From positions 22,692,001 to 22,756,000 of the forward strand of contig OZ024754.1 of NCBI GenBank assembly GCA_964016885.1: a stretch of DNA of 64,000 nucleotides. The letters are read 5' to 3'. The notes beneath the pieces were generated by a model that saw only the letters and a program-made list of their open reading frames with translations, was not told the DNA's origin and made no database searches. Position 1 is the stretch's first letter. Every line of letters starts with the position of its first letter. The translations under genes and the position numbers were made by a program. This DNA is from Eledone cirrhosa. Lineage: Eukaryota. This document shows, in pieces, positions 32,552-45,584 of this stretch.

Positions 32552-35470
32552 CATCCTATCTCTCTCTCTCTCTTTCTTTAAGATTGGTTACTCTTGAACT
32601 GTGTATACTTGAGCTCCTGTAGTTGAGCTATTTACTGTTAGAAGTCACCATGTTGAGCAAGCAGGAACTCAGAATCTCACTTAAGTCCATACCTATCCCG
32701 GACAGGAAGACATACCTCAAACTCCTAATACAGAGTGTCAACTCTTTCATCCGAAGAATAAGATGGAAAGCGTTCCACTTTGACCGTGCGGTTGCTGCTG
32801 ACGCCGGAAGTACAGCAAATAGATATGGATTTACCACCTGCAATAACCCCCCACACAACATCCTGCTGGACCCTTTTGAGAAAGATCTATTCCTCACTAA
32901 ATTAGCAACAACTATAAAAAAATTTAAAGATAACCACTTCTTACATGTTATGTCTGACAAAACTAAAAATCTATACACCATGACTCCTCAAACTTACAAC
33001 TCTTTCCTTCTTAAAGAACTCAATAAAAAACTATAAAAAAAACTATATCCTCCAGTGTAAACGTACTTAACCGAAAAGCCCAGGCTTTGGTTAAGGACTT
33101 GCATCTGGATAGATTTACCCACCCTTATGTACCAACAACCCCAAGGTTCTCTCTCAAGGATCATAAGCCAAACTTTATATAGAACCCATCTATTAGACTT
33201 ATAAGCCCAACCACATCCGACCTGGGTCGTATCAGTAAGAACATCCTTGATAGGATAATCCCTGGGCTACGGGATGATATCACCTACAAGTTGTGGTCCA
33301 ACACCGGCCAAGTCATTAGATGGTTCTCCGAGCTAAGGCCCAAGCAATCTTTGAGGTTCATCCAATTTGACATCGACAGCTATTACGCTTCAATAACCCC
33401 GGAACTGCTCAACAAAGCATTAACCCTAGCCAGCACCAACTAGGACATAACCAATAATGAGATTAACATCATACTTATGGCTAGGCAGATTATCATTGAA
33501 TTCAACGGAGCACTCTGGACTAGAAAAGATAGAACAGACAACTTTGACATCACGATGGGCTCAAGTGACTCTGCGCAAATCACCGATTTAGTTGGAATTC
33601 ACCTATTACATAACATCAGAGCCGAAATCCAACCCTTGCAAGGCGGAATATACAGGGACGACGCCCTATTTGCAGTCCACAATTGCACTAATCGGGGCAT
33701 TGATTTGCTAAAAAAAACAATTACATAGATTCTTTAAAAATAACGGTCTCTCTATCACCATCGAGCCGAACCATAAAGTAGTAAACTTCCTAGACGTCAC
33801 CCTGGATCTCAACAATAACCTATATTACCCCTACCATAAACCAGGTGAAATACTCACATATATTAGTCCACACTCTAACCACCCACCGGCAGTCATCAGA
33901 GCAGTAATCAAATCTATCTCGTATAGGATCTCAATGCTATCAGCAAATGAGGAGATATTTATAAACCATGCACAATATTATAATAAGGCTCTTTCTGAAT
34001 CTGGTTATGAACAATCAATTTACTACATACCTAAATGCCATAACACAGCAATTCACCATAATAAACTTAACACTAGAACTAGAAATACCTTAGCATATAG
34101 CCAGATTCACCGGAATTTTGGCAGTAACAGCACCTATACAGGGAAATTTAATGGTGGCAGCGGCCTGCTCCCCACTCCAAGTAGCAAACTAAAAATCAAC
34201 CCTAGAATAGGAATGAGAAATGGGATGACAAATAACAAATCCCCAGGTAATAATAACTCTAGGAAGGCCCCTACCAACTCCACTAGAACCCCTAGAAGGA
34301 ATAGACTTAGAAATATCACCTGGCTCAACCCCCTATTCTCTTCTAATCTAGCCACTAATATCCCTAAACGCTTCTTCTCTATCCTATCTAAACATTTCCC
34401 CCCAACCATAGATATTACAAACTCTTTAATAAAAATAACATTAAAATCTCATTCTCCACAACACCTAACCTAGCTAGCCACATCGCATTCAGTAACCATC
34501 ATAAACTAAGACAGTATAACTCCCACACCGCGGTACCACCACCCCTATCAAATACACCTCGCCACTACACCAATAATTACTCTAGTAGCACACCTCCCCC
34601 ATCTAATCCTTCTAGCACTGACATACCGCTTAGGTTAAACTACCCTACTCTCACTAACCGCAGAAGCAACTGGAACTGCCGTTACCCTAATGCATTCCCA
34701 TTAAATGGACACCCAACATAGTCTATAGGTGCACGGTTAAAACTGCTTCGAATACCAGCTCTTATATCGGGTCTACCTCTAACCCTTTTAAGGTACGCTA
34801 TAACGCGCACTCTTTTTCCTTCCGAGACCCTAGCAACAGATGTTCGACATCTCTAGCTAGGCTCATTAAAAACCTTAAATTAAGCAACGTTCAACACTCA
34901 CTAAAATGGGATATCGTGGCTAGGGCCCAACCGTTCAATGGACGAAGAAAATCTTGTGATCTCTGTATTACAGAAACATATTACATAACTCTATCACGAC
35001 CTCTACCGATTAACGATAGAACGGAGATAACTATTAGCTGTCAACATCGAAGGGCTAATTCCTTCGCCAATAGAATATTTCACCCAACTTAGTCATCTAG
35101 CCCCATTTTTAGTTGTAGCTAATAAGTTAAATAGATGTGACTAACTTAGATAATTATAAGTTACCTCCCCTACACTGTCTCTCAATTAAACAATTTAAAA
35201 ATTAGCACTTAACTATAAACTACCCACAATTTCTAATTTCTCGAGGAGTTACTTCCCCTGAAACCACCCTCTAATTAGTAAGGTAAATATGTCCTTTGGC
35301 AGCCATCTTGTTACCCATAGGCAGATCTCACACAATGCAGCCTCGACAGATGAATACTGCTTGATTATGGCTGACAACTGATACAACCAGGACACCATAG
35401 TGAAATACCAATATATGGAACACTATATTATGTAACATTCTCTCCTTATTTTAATTTATATTCCTTTGAA

Positions 35471-35590
35471 GTTCCGATGAGACGCTCTGTTTTTTAAATA
35501 TGTTAATTATTTTCAACTGAACCAGATCAATTATGATATATAGTCATCTGATCCAGAAATATTATATGGAGTAGCGAAATAATTGTAAAC
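35471..35590 (+). ncRNA. Hammerhead variant with long stem II in the PLE 3' region
   Basis: gtt-CCGATGA-gacgctctgt...atggagtagc-GAAA-taattg-TA-aac. Confidence 0.55.
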
Positions 35591-35620
35591 GGACATTATT
35601 ATTATTAATATTAATATTAA

Positions 35621-35830
35621 GGGCGGTGGATTGGCAGTATCGGTAGAGGGTCAGACGCCATGCTTTCCAGCATAGTTACGTCCCTTTACGATCTGAGTTC
35701 AAATCCCGCCGAGGCTAACTTTGCCTTTCATCCTTACGGGGTCGATAAAATAAAGTACCAGTAATGCACTGGGTAATTGCTGGCCTTGTGCCTAAAGTAG
35801 AAACAATTATTATTAATATTATTATTATTA
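35621..35830 (+). mobile_element. tRNA-derived SINE with (TTA)n tail, inserted in the PLE
   Basis: A-like box tggcagtatcgg, B box gagttcaaatc, body gcctttcatccttacggggtcgataaaataaagtacc. Confidence 0.85.
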
Positions 35831-36170
35831 TTCTCTACATTCCTTACATCAAACTAAAATATGTTGACAATCTTTTAATAATGTCTTCCTTGTGAAATTT
35901 GTGGTTTTGTTTTGCTAAATTAATGAATATTTCCAGCTCTGCGCACCTAACTTCTGCATGAACCCAGCCACCTAGCTGCTTTCTACTGCATATTGCACAT
36001 TGAGCACATGCCTTTACGCTTTGGCTTCTAACTAATTCACCAATCTCTCCTCTCATATCTCCTCTCCTATCTCCATCTCTCTCTTTAAGATTGGTTACTC
36101 TTGAACTGTGTATATATATATATACATATATTTTTTATTTATATACATATATATACATATATATATATAC

Positions 36171-36208
<38 letters not shown>

Positions 36209-36413
36209 TGTTATACTTGGGGAGGGTCATATTTGTGTAATATTGCCAGAATTAATAACAGAACACACTCACTGTTTGGTTGGTTTTCGCTTTTCGCTTC
36301 TGTCTCTTTTATATCGGTAATCTAATTTATTCGGTCCTCAATGTTGCCATTGACTGACCGACGGTAAAAAATAATACAGATACAATATAGACACAAACAC
36401 ATATATATAGTTT

Positions 36414-36455
36414 ATCATAAATCTTTCGTTACACATCTGCAACATCGTCAGTGGT
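36414..36455 (-). ncRNA. Minimal hammerhead in PLE 3' terminal repeat
   Basis: Minus strand: acca-CTGACGA-t gttgca gatg tgtaac-GAAA-gatt-TA-tgat; one stem I mismatch. Confidence 0.6.
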
Positions 36456-39097
36456 GCTATTGTTTCCTCCCGTTATATTGTATGTCTACGCCATTTTTAT
36501 TTAGTCTGTCTATATATTTATTTATTTATTTGCTTGTTTGTTTATTTTATTTTGTCTTCTTTGCGCATGCGTTTGCGTGTGTGTATAGTGTTTTGTTTGA
36601 TGTGTGTTCGTGATTGGGTGACTAGTGTGTGTTTATATGTGTTTGTTGTTATTGGGCTTGTGTATGTATTTATTTATTTATTTATCTATTTATTTATTTA
36701 TTTATACTTCTCTTAGGTCAGTGTTGTTTGATTGGGTGTTGTTGTTATTCCATTCATTCTTTCTGTTTAGTCTTGGCCTTCTAAGTTCTATTTCACTGGC
36801 CTCTCTGATTTGCCTATCTGCTGGGTCATTTCTATGTTTAGATATTATTCTAATTTCTATGTTGTCTATGTTACCGTCGTGTTGTTGTCTGGCATGTTCG
36901 TATAGTACTGACCCGTTTTTTCGTCCTTTTAGTTCCCCCCAGTATTGGTTTATCCTTTCACCTATGCTACGAGCTGTCTCACCTATGTATGTTGTTGTCA
37001 TGTTTCTGCAAGTACCCTCTGTACATCTTATGCTATAGACTACGTTTCTAGTTTTACAGTTTATCCGGGGGTTTACCTTACATATGATACATTTCCTATT
37101 AGTACAGTGGGTTTTCTTAAAAGGGTAGGTTTTGCTGATCAGGGATTTTATGGTGGTTCCTGGCTTTTCTACCACCTTAATCTTTAAGTGGGTCTTTCTC
37201 AGGGCCTTTCTACACTGGTTAGCTAACTTCCCTCCAGGGGTAGCGTCCACAAACATGACACTCTGGTATCTCTGGTTGTCGTACCATGAGGTGGCTTTCC
37301 CTATCTTATGTCTAGCCCTATCTAAGCTATTCCATGATTTACTCCTGTATAATGGGCAAATTCCTTTCATGTCCAGTTCTATGAGGGTCTTATATTTCTC
37401 CATGGCTCCTTCGTATACTCTGACTCTGTCTCTTTGGTTGTAGCCAGAGAACTGCATGCGGTTGATGAAGTGTTGGATGTGTCTTTCCATTTCTGTTGGG
37501 TCGCACATGCGGGACACATTCTTCATCACTCGTACCAAATCTGCGATCAGAATATTAAACTTAGCACTACTGGACATTGCTGAGTTTTTGAGTATCAGGT
37601 ATTTGGAGGCCATGGGTTTAGCATAGTGTGAGTGGAGAATTTGGGCTCTCTCGTCTATAGTGTTAATCCAGAGTTCCGTGTCTAATACAGGTAGTCTATT
37701 GTTAGGGTGTTTGGAAGGGAAGTCGATAGTTACAGTTATACTCTGGTGTATGGAATTAGGTATCTGCTGGATGCTTTCCATTGTGCTACGTTCTAAATCA
37801 AACTTGTTAGTGCTCTCTAGTGGGGATGTTCTTATAACTATATTGATATCGTCTACATAACGAGAGTACATGATGAGGTCTATGGAGCTCTCATTAAGGA
37901 GATCTTTAAGTCTCCTTTCCCACCATACCATGGAAAGGTTGGCACCATCACCAGCTATGCTGACGCCAATGGCTGCTCCCTCATTTTGGGTGTAGATCTT
38001 CTCGTTGAACTTAAATATGTGGCCCTTTAGGGTAGTTTTGATACTAGCCCCTATTGCATGTGCGACCATTTTTTTTTTCTTACCTGATCATTGTTTTGGG
38101 GGGTCCGTATAGCTTTGGTCCACCCAATCCACCTTCCCATGGGAGTCTTTTTTGCCATTGAGGTTATGGTGGGGGTCTACCTCTTATGGGTCTACTAGGG
38201 CAGAAACGTCTAAGGTCATGACTGTCTAGGTAGTCAGTGTCGTAGGTAAGTCTAAGTAGGAGGCCCAGTTCGTCTGTGTCGACGTCGCAGAACTCCACCT
38301 CACTCTCAATGATCATCTCCACACATTTTTTCACAGCAAAATCAATGTTAATGGATGGGTACAGTGACACCACATCCATGCTGCCTATTATGCAGTTGGA
38401 TAGGTTCCTGTTTTTGTTGCACTCACTGATTCTGCTGAGGAGGTCCTCTGTACTGTCACATACATCTGGGGACATCTTGATTATGGAGCGTATAACCATT
38501 GAGAGGAAGTAGGAGATCCTGTAGTTGCTAGCTATATTAGCTCCGCATACGGGTTTTGTTGGTGGTCCTGTTGTCGGGTCGTCGACTGTCTTGTGGTCTT
38601 TGTGGAGCCCATACAAGGGTGGTATGCCATTGTTAGACGCCTGGAAGTTGTTGGCAGTGCGTCTGCTTGGCTTTAGGATGTCAGTCCACATCATCATGTG
38701 AGCGTTGAGGATTTTCTCTCTCCCATCATATGTTTGTTGTGCAATTTCGCTCGTGTTGGTGATGTGGGGTTGCATAGCCTTGATGTAGTTCGGCATGCTA
38801 TCTATTGACATCCTACCAGATTTATCCGTGGGTAGACATACTACCTCACCATCCCTTGTGCGCTGCTTGAGGCTAACTAAGCCTTCTACAGGTTTCCTCC
38901 CAAGTTGTTGGGCCTCTGGTCTGCTCTGTCTCTTATTTGTCTAATCTTATTTCTAGCTATGGTGAACTGTGCCTCTGTCTCGTCATCTATTTGTTGTGGT
39001 ATGCAAACTCTTTTATTAAAGGGTAACCTCGTAGGATAGATATTACCCATCTTATATGTTTTGTCAGCTGGGTTGAAAAATAGTTTCTCTAAGGGGT

Positions 39098-39290
39098 TGT
39101 CGGTGGATTGGCAGTATCGGTAGAGGGTCGGACGCCATGCTTTGAAGCATAGAGTTACCTCCCTGTATGATCTGAGTTCAAATCCCGCCGAGGTTAACTT
39201 TGCCTTTCATCCTCGCGGGGTCGATAAAATAAAGTACCAGTAATGCACTGGGTAATTGATGGCCTTGTGCCAAAAGTAGAAACAATTATA
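39098..39290 (+). mobile_element. tRNA-derived SINE inserted in the PLE ORF
   Basis: Near-identical to 35621-35810. Confidence 0.85.
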
Positions 39291-40328
39291 TCTATCGTCA
39301 TATTTGTGTGTGTTGCTATTATTGTTATCATGGTGGTTGTTGTTGTTCCTATCATTAGCATTATTATTATTGTTATGATTGCTAGATGTATTGTTGCTGT
39401 GATTGCTAGATGTATTGTTGTTTACTTCACCGTTATTGTTGTTGTTACTGTTATTTCTACCATTGTGGTTGTTACTTTTATTATGTTTCTTGTTTTTGTT
39501 GTGTCTATCATTAATGTTGCTACATGTATTATTTCCATTATTACCACTGTGGTTATTGTTCTTGTTGTTCGTATTGTTACCGTTATTACTACTGTGGTCG
39601 CTGCTGCTGTGTCTGTGGTTAATGTTTCTATTATTATTATTATTGTGGTTGTTGTTGTTGTTCTGTCTATCGTTACTATTATTACCATTATTACTATTTC
39701 TCACTTTCCTGCTATTGTTATTGTTATGGCTGTTATTTCTATACTCAGAGTTATTGTTTATATTACTACTACCGTTATTATTGTTGTTGTTGTTTACTTT
39801 TGCATTCCAACGTATTTTTGTGAAACACTTTTCCAGCTCCGTTTTGCACTCCATAGGGTTAATCTTTTTGTAGATGGCAAATTTTGGTGGTAGCTGCAGG
39901 ATTTGTTGTTCTTGTTCACTGATTAAAGTGTTCCCATAAATATTTACTGTGTGGTCATTGGTAAATTCTTCCGGTAGTTTTACATCAGTCATACGGATAT
40001 TGTCGATGTTATCTGGGTATTCTTGAGAATATTCTATTTTCCTTTCTTGTAGTTTTTTCTTATTCATCCATTCTAATTTCTTATTGAAATGCCTATTGCA
40101 TTCGTTTCGGGCGTATTTCGTTTCACGTCGGATGACGCTCATGAAGTTATCCCTCTCGTTTGGCGTGGTGAGATTTCGGACTTCCTTATCGTTAATGCGT
40201 TTCTGTCTGTAAAGTTCGTTGACTTTTGTGTATGTTGTTCTTTTCATATTAACTGTTATTGTGTGTTTTAGTCGTTCAGCTTGTGTTTTGTTCAATAATA
40301 AATTATTTACTTGTTTTGATATGTTTGT

Positions 40329-40380
<52 letters not shown>

Positions 40381-40383
<3 letters not shown>

Positions 40384-41107
40384 AAATGAGTCCCTCATCA
40401 GTGATTTGCCGAAGATCATAGATATTTCATTGCATTAAAAATCATATACCTCACGTCGGTGCAATAATAACCAAAATAAGTTATTAGGACAATTAAAACG
40501 CGTAAAGCGAGTGAGACAGGAGAACAACAAAGAGTATGGCTAACCAGGGGAAAGAAACAAGCTTCAAAAATTATTCTGTTTAGCATAAGCTAGGTGAATA
40601 TATGAGCGCTTTTAGAACAGACCCGACACGAGCGAAGGCTATGAGCGGAGAGAGAAAAATAGCCTTCGTGGTGTACAGGATGAAATGAAGAGAAGAGAGA
40701 GAAACAGTGACTGAGTGAAAGTGTGAGGAAGAGTTAACTGACATGACAGTTAACTCTTCCTCACACTTTCACTCACTCACTGTTTCTCTCTCTTCTCTTC
40801 ATTTCATCCTGTACACCACGAAGGCTATTTTTCTCTCTCCGCTCATAGCCTTCGCTCGTGTCGGGTTTGTTCTAAAAGCGCTCATATATTCACCTAGCTT
40901 ATGCTAAACAGAATAATTTTTGAAGCTTGTTTCTTTCCCCTGGTTAGCCATACTCTTTGTTGTTCTCCTGTCTCACTCGCTTTACGCGTTTTAATTGTCC
41001 TAATAACTTATTTTGGTTATTATTGCACCGACGTGAGGTATATGATTTTTAATGCAATGAAATATCTATGATCTTCGGCAAATCACTGATGAGGGACTCA
41101 TTTTATT
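40381..41107. repeat. ~725 bp near-perfect palindrome centred at ~40743
   Basis: ...gaagagttaactg acatga cagttaactcttc...; arms match out to ataaaatgagtccctcatcag / ctgatgagggactcattttat; a related diverged copy lies at ~30450-30750. Confidence 0.92.
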
Positions 41108-41133
41108 ACATGTTATCCATGTGCTACCTGCAG

Positions 41134-41301
<168 letters not shown>

Positions 41302-41386
41302 GGAAAAATTTGAACAGGAACAAAACAGAGAGGCAGTACAACGAAAGTTTATTAATTTCACGCTCTGGAGAGTGGGGTGGTGGTGG

Positions 41387-41417
<31 letters not shown>

Positions 41418-41427
41418 ATACATATAC

Positions 41428-41473
<46 letters not shown>

Positions 41474-41712
41474 CTAAGGCGGGTAAAATTCCCGAGATCC
41501 ATGGACGAGTTCTCTCCAGCGGTCTCTGTCCCTCATTATCGCTGCCATGTCCTGCGTCTCCAACAGACCAGTGTATGTCCTTGGCGCATCAATATACGTT
41601 AACCTTGGTCTTCCACTTCTAGTGTGTCCATGTAGGGGCTCCCACAGGAGCACTGAGTGCAATGTCAACTCTGGATGTCGGTGAGCATGTCCAGCTAACC
41701 TCAGTCTCCTCT
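41474..41712 (-). mobile_element. RTE LINE 3' fragment
   Basis: [21 protein letters not shown]...GRPRLTYID. Confidence 0.8.
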
Positions 41713-41821
41713 GTGTCACTTTTGAGCTGACTTATGTATATATATATATGCATATATACATATACATATATATATACATATATATATATACATATATATA
41801 TAAATATATATATACATATAC

Positions 41822-41852
<31 letters not shown>

Positions 41853-42339
41853 CATATATATATACATATACATATATTCATATATACATATATATATATA
41901 CATATATATATACATATATATATATTCATATATACATATATATATACATATATATATATTCATATATACATATATATATACATATATATATACATATATA
42001 TACATATATATATACATACATATATATATACATATATATATGCATATATATATGATGGCTGCCCCCCTCGTTATCGAGTACGGCCATTGCACGGGGAGGA
42101 AAAATAAAAAAAAAATAAATAATAAAAAATAAAAATAAAAAAAAATATATATATATATACACATATACACATACGCATATACACACACACACAAATACAT
42201 TAATAACAATAATAATAATAATAATAATAACAACAATAATAATAACGACAACAACAATAATAATATACATATACATATATATATACACATACACGCACAC
42301 ACATAAACATATCTATACACACACACACACACACGATAG

Positions 42340-45300
42340 CAACTAACAGCGCTGCGATCGAATGTGGCTTTCTCGACCAGCCAATGATCTAAAATGTCTT
42401 GCACGGAGTCGGCAACCAAAACATTCACTGGGAATAGTCGGCTGTGGTAGAAGTTCGTGTACTTTTGCATGTCGCTTGAGCCCTCCTGCTGATTTACATT
42501 CTCTACCACATGTTTGGCAAGCATCTCCAACAGCAGCCTGGTAGTCAACCACTGGTTTTACTTTATGACTGCGAAGATGACTTTCGAGTCCAGCTTTGCT
42601 TAGGCAGAGTCTCGCACAGACGCTGCATGTCAGCACCATAGGAGGACCCTCGCCGTCTGGAAGTGCAACAGCAATGCCCTTCCTCACATCCCGCTTTACT
42701 TTCTCGTTTGCGATTCGAGATGCCTCAAAGGCAACTTTTCCCTCATATACAGTCTTTCTCCATTTATTACGATCAGCAGCAATATTTTCCCATGTATCAG
42801 CAGAGATGTTAGCGTCTTTCAGAGAGGCTTTCAAGGAATCCTTATACCTCTTTTTTGGTTTATGTGGCTCTCCAATCATCTGTTTTGGTATTCTAGAATC
42901 CTTCATCCTGGCAAGGTGACCACTCCAACGGAATCGTTGCTTAAGCACAAGAGCCTCTATACTGTCACACATAGAGCTTTCCAAAATCTCGACATCACTG
43001 ATGTGGTCCCTCCAGTGAACGCCATGGATCCGTCTGAGACACATCTGATGGAAACGCTCCAATTGCTTAAGGTGGTGTCGATATGTGTCCCAGGTCTCGC
43101 AGGCATAAAGAAGACAAGAGAGCACACATGCCCTGTACACCTTTACCATTGTCCTCCTGCATATGTCTCGCCGACCCCAGAGTCGCCTTTCTAGCTTTCC
43201 GAAAGCATCATTTGCTTTCCTAATCCTAAGTGAGATTTCACTGTCAAGGTTGCTGTATCGATTGACAGTGCTTCCCAGGTAGACAAACTGATCAACCACT
43301 CCAAGTCGTTTACCATACACATAGATGTTTGGTTCAGTGTACTGCTTACCAGGGGCAGGTTGGTACATGACGACAGTTTTCTTGAGACTGACAGTCAATC
43401 CTAGGGCAGTGCAAGCGTCAGAAAATGCATTCAAAATGTGTGTGCTACAAGATCGCAATCATCTGCATACAAGAGGTCTCTTATGATTGATGTAAATACT
43501 TTTGTCTTTGCAGCAAAGCGCCTGATGTTAAATATGCTGCCTGAGGTTCGATATCGGATGTAAACACCATGCTCGCAATTCCTGAATGCAATACAGAAAA
43601 CCATTGCAAAATATATGGCAAACAAGGTCGGTGCTAGAATATCCCCCTGTTTCACTCCATTTTTTTTTATTGACATAGGCTCCGACATGTTACCTCCGAC
43701 ATTAACCCAAGCCTTCATGTCGTCATGGAAAGACCTAATTAAAGCAAGGAACTTATCAGGGCAACCAAGTTTCTGGAGAACCTTCCATAATGCATCTCTG
43801 TTAACAGTATCGAAAGCTTTTGTCAGATCGACAAAAACCTGATACAGATCCAAGCCTTGTTCCATGCACTTCTCCTGGAGCTGTCTAGCTGAGAAGATCA
43901 TATCAGTAGTGCCGCGTCCAGCACGAAAACCAGATTGACTTTCAGGAAGAACACAATCTGCAATGTGTGTCAGCAGACGGTCCAGAAGCACCCTACATAA
44001 AACTTTCCCTACGACAGAAAGCAATGATATACCTCTGTAGTTCCCACAATCATTCCTGTTACCCTTTCCCTTGTACAAGACCACCATTACTGCATCTCTC
44101 CAGTCCCCAGGTACGGATTCATTAGCCCATATCCTGCCAAACAAAGAGTGAAGATGTTGCAGGAGTCTCTCACCACCATATTGTAGGACCTCAGCATGTA
44201 TGCCATCTATACCTGGAGATCTTCCACTGTTCAGCTTCGAAATAGCCACTGCAACCTCCACAAGCGTCGGAGGTTCTGCGAGAGCTACTTTCACAGGACT
44301 TTCCTCTCCTGTGGTTTTGCCGTCAAGTAGCGTGACAGAGCACGCCTCTTATCAGCCAACAAGTCTTCTATATGTACATCATTCATCATTCTCATTAAAC
44401 CAGTCTTGATGTTTTCTCTGCACCAATCCCAGAACACGCCTGCCTACATCATAAACCGACTTTTTAAGGGTCGGCCAATCCTCACCAAGATCTGCAGCCT
44501 GCATCTCTTCTTCCAATGTCCTCTTCACATTTTTATCCTTAAGACGAGCAACATTCAATCTTTTGGGCAGGGCAACACCAGGAGCCCGGATTTTACGTTT
44601 AGTGATTAGTTTCACTTTTGCGCGTACCAAGCGGTGGTCCGTCCAGCACTCAGCTCCACGAAGAGCACGAACACACTGCACATCCTGTCTGTCACGCATC
44701 CTGACTAGGACGTATTCCAAAAGATGCCATTCCTTACATGCAGGATGCATCCATGTGGTCTTGAATTTGTTCTTTTGTTGGAACATGGTGTTGGTAACAC
44801 ACAGATCCAGCTCCTCACACATCTGCAGCAGGAGCATACCATTGTTGTTACACTTTTCCACCCCATGCCTTCCGATTACATTCCATGTGTTAAAATCCCT
44901 ACCCACTCTAGCATTAAAGTCACCAAGCACGATGACTTTGTCTGCTGAGGGATATTTCTTAAAACACCTTTCAAGGCATGGTAAAAGGACACTTTTTCTT
45001 CATCGACAGAATTCATAGTTGGAGCATACACACTCACCAGGGTCGCATATCTTCCTTTGTCCAGCGGAATTCTCGTGGACATAAGACGCTCACTATTCCC
45101 TACTGGGAATTCTTCTAATTTATTCACAAGAACAGTCTTAACAGCAAATCCTACCCCAGCCTCTCTTCTGGTTCCTTCATCTCTTCCTTTCCAGAAGAAT
45201 GTATATTCTCCACAAAATTCCGTAAGATGACCATCTCCAGCTAACCTCGTCTCAGATAAAGCCACGATGTCAAGATCGTAACGTCGAAGCTCCTTTGCAA

Positions 45301-45500
45301 CAAAAGCGGTCCTTCGTTCAGGACGCTCCAAGGAATCCCAGTCAAGCAGCGTCCGTACGTTCCAGCAGCCAAGACTAAATGCCTTGTTTGGCTCTATTAC
45401 AATGGCACGATGACGAGCGGGCCCAGGCTGTGATAACCTGGGGCCCCTGCCCTTATTGCCAATTATCTCTTTTATATTGTTCTGGAACATCATTGAATTG
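42340..45500 (-). mobile_element. RTE (BovB-like) LINE ORF, frameshifted: APE, RT and C-terminal C2H2-like fingers
   Basis: GCWNVRTL, LSETR, GDFNARVG, TDHRLV; FVDLTKAFDTV, GVKQGDILAP, LYADD; CSVC..HLRSH, CQTC..HAKVH. Confidence 0.93.
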
Positions 45501-45541
45501 GGAAAAAAAAAAAAAAAAAAAGTAATAATAATAGTAACAAC

Positions 45542-45583
<42 letters not shown>

Positions 45584-45584
<1 letters not shown>

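Larger units (their letters stand above)
32553..36115 (+). mobile_element. Near full-length degenerate Penelope-like element with terminal direct repeat
   Basis: SLKSIPIP..FIRRIRWKA, FDITMGSSDSAQITDLVG, GIYRDDAL, SNHPP; GIY-YIG-like YIGST near 34763; ctttaagattggttactcttgaactgtgtata at ~32576 and ~36083. Confidence 0.85.
36205..40320 (-). mobile_element. Near full-length degenerate Penelope-like element (relative of 17388) with Asn-rich insert and nested SINE
   Basis: ORFs 39207-40295 (LQLPPKFA..KIRWN), TDKSGR near 38820, 38164-38811 (SMDVVSLYPSI) and 36702-38069 (YSRYVDD, CxxxxCxxC linker, YIGETARSIGER). Confidence 0.9.

Noticed and set aside
39243-39893. Hydrophobic plus-strand ORFs resembling membrane proteins
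   Set aside because: Antisense translation of the AAT/AAC repeat tract
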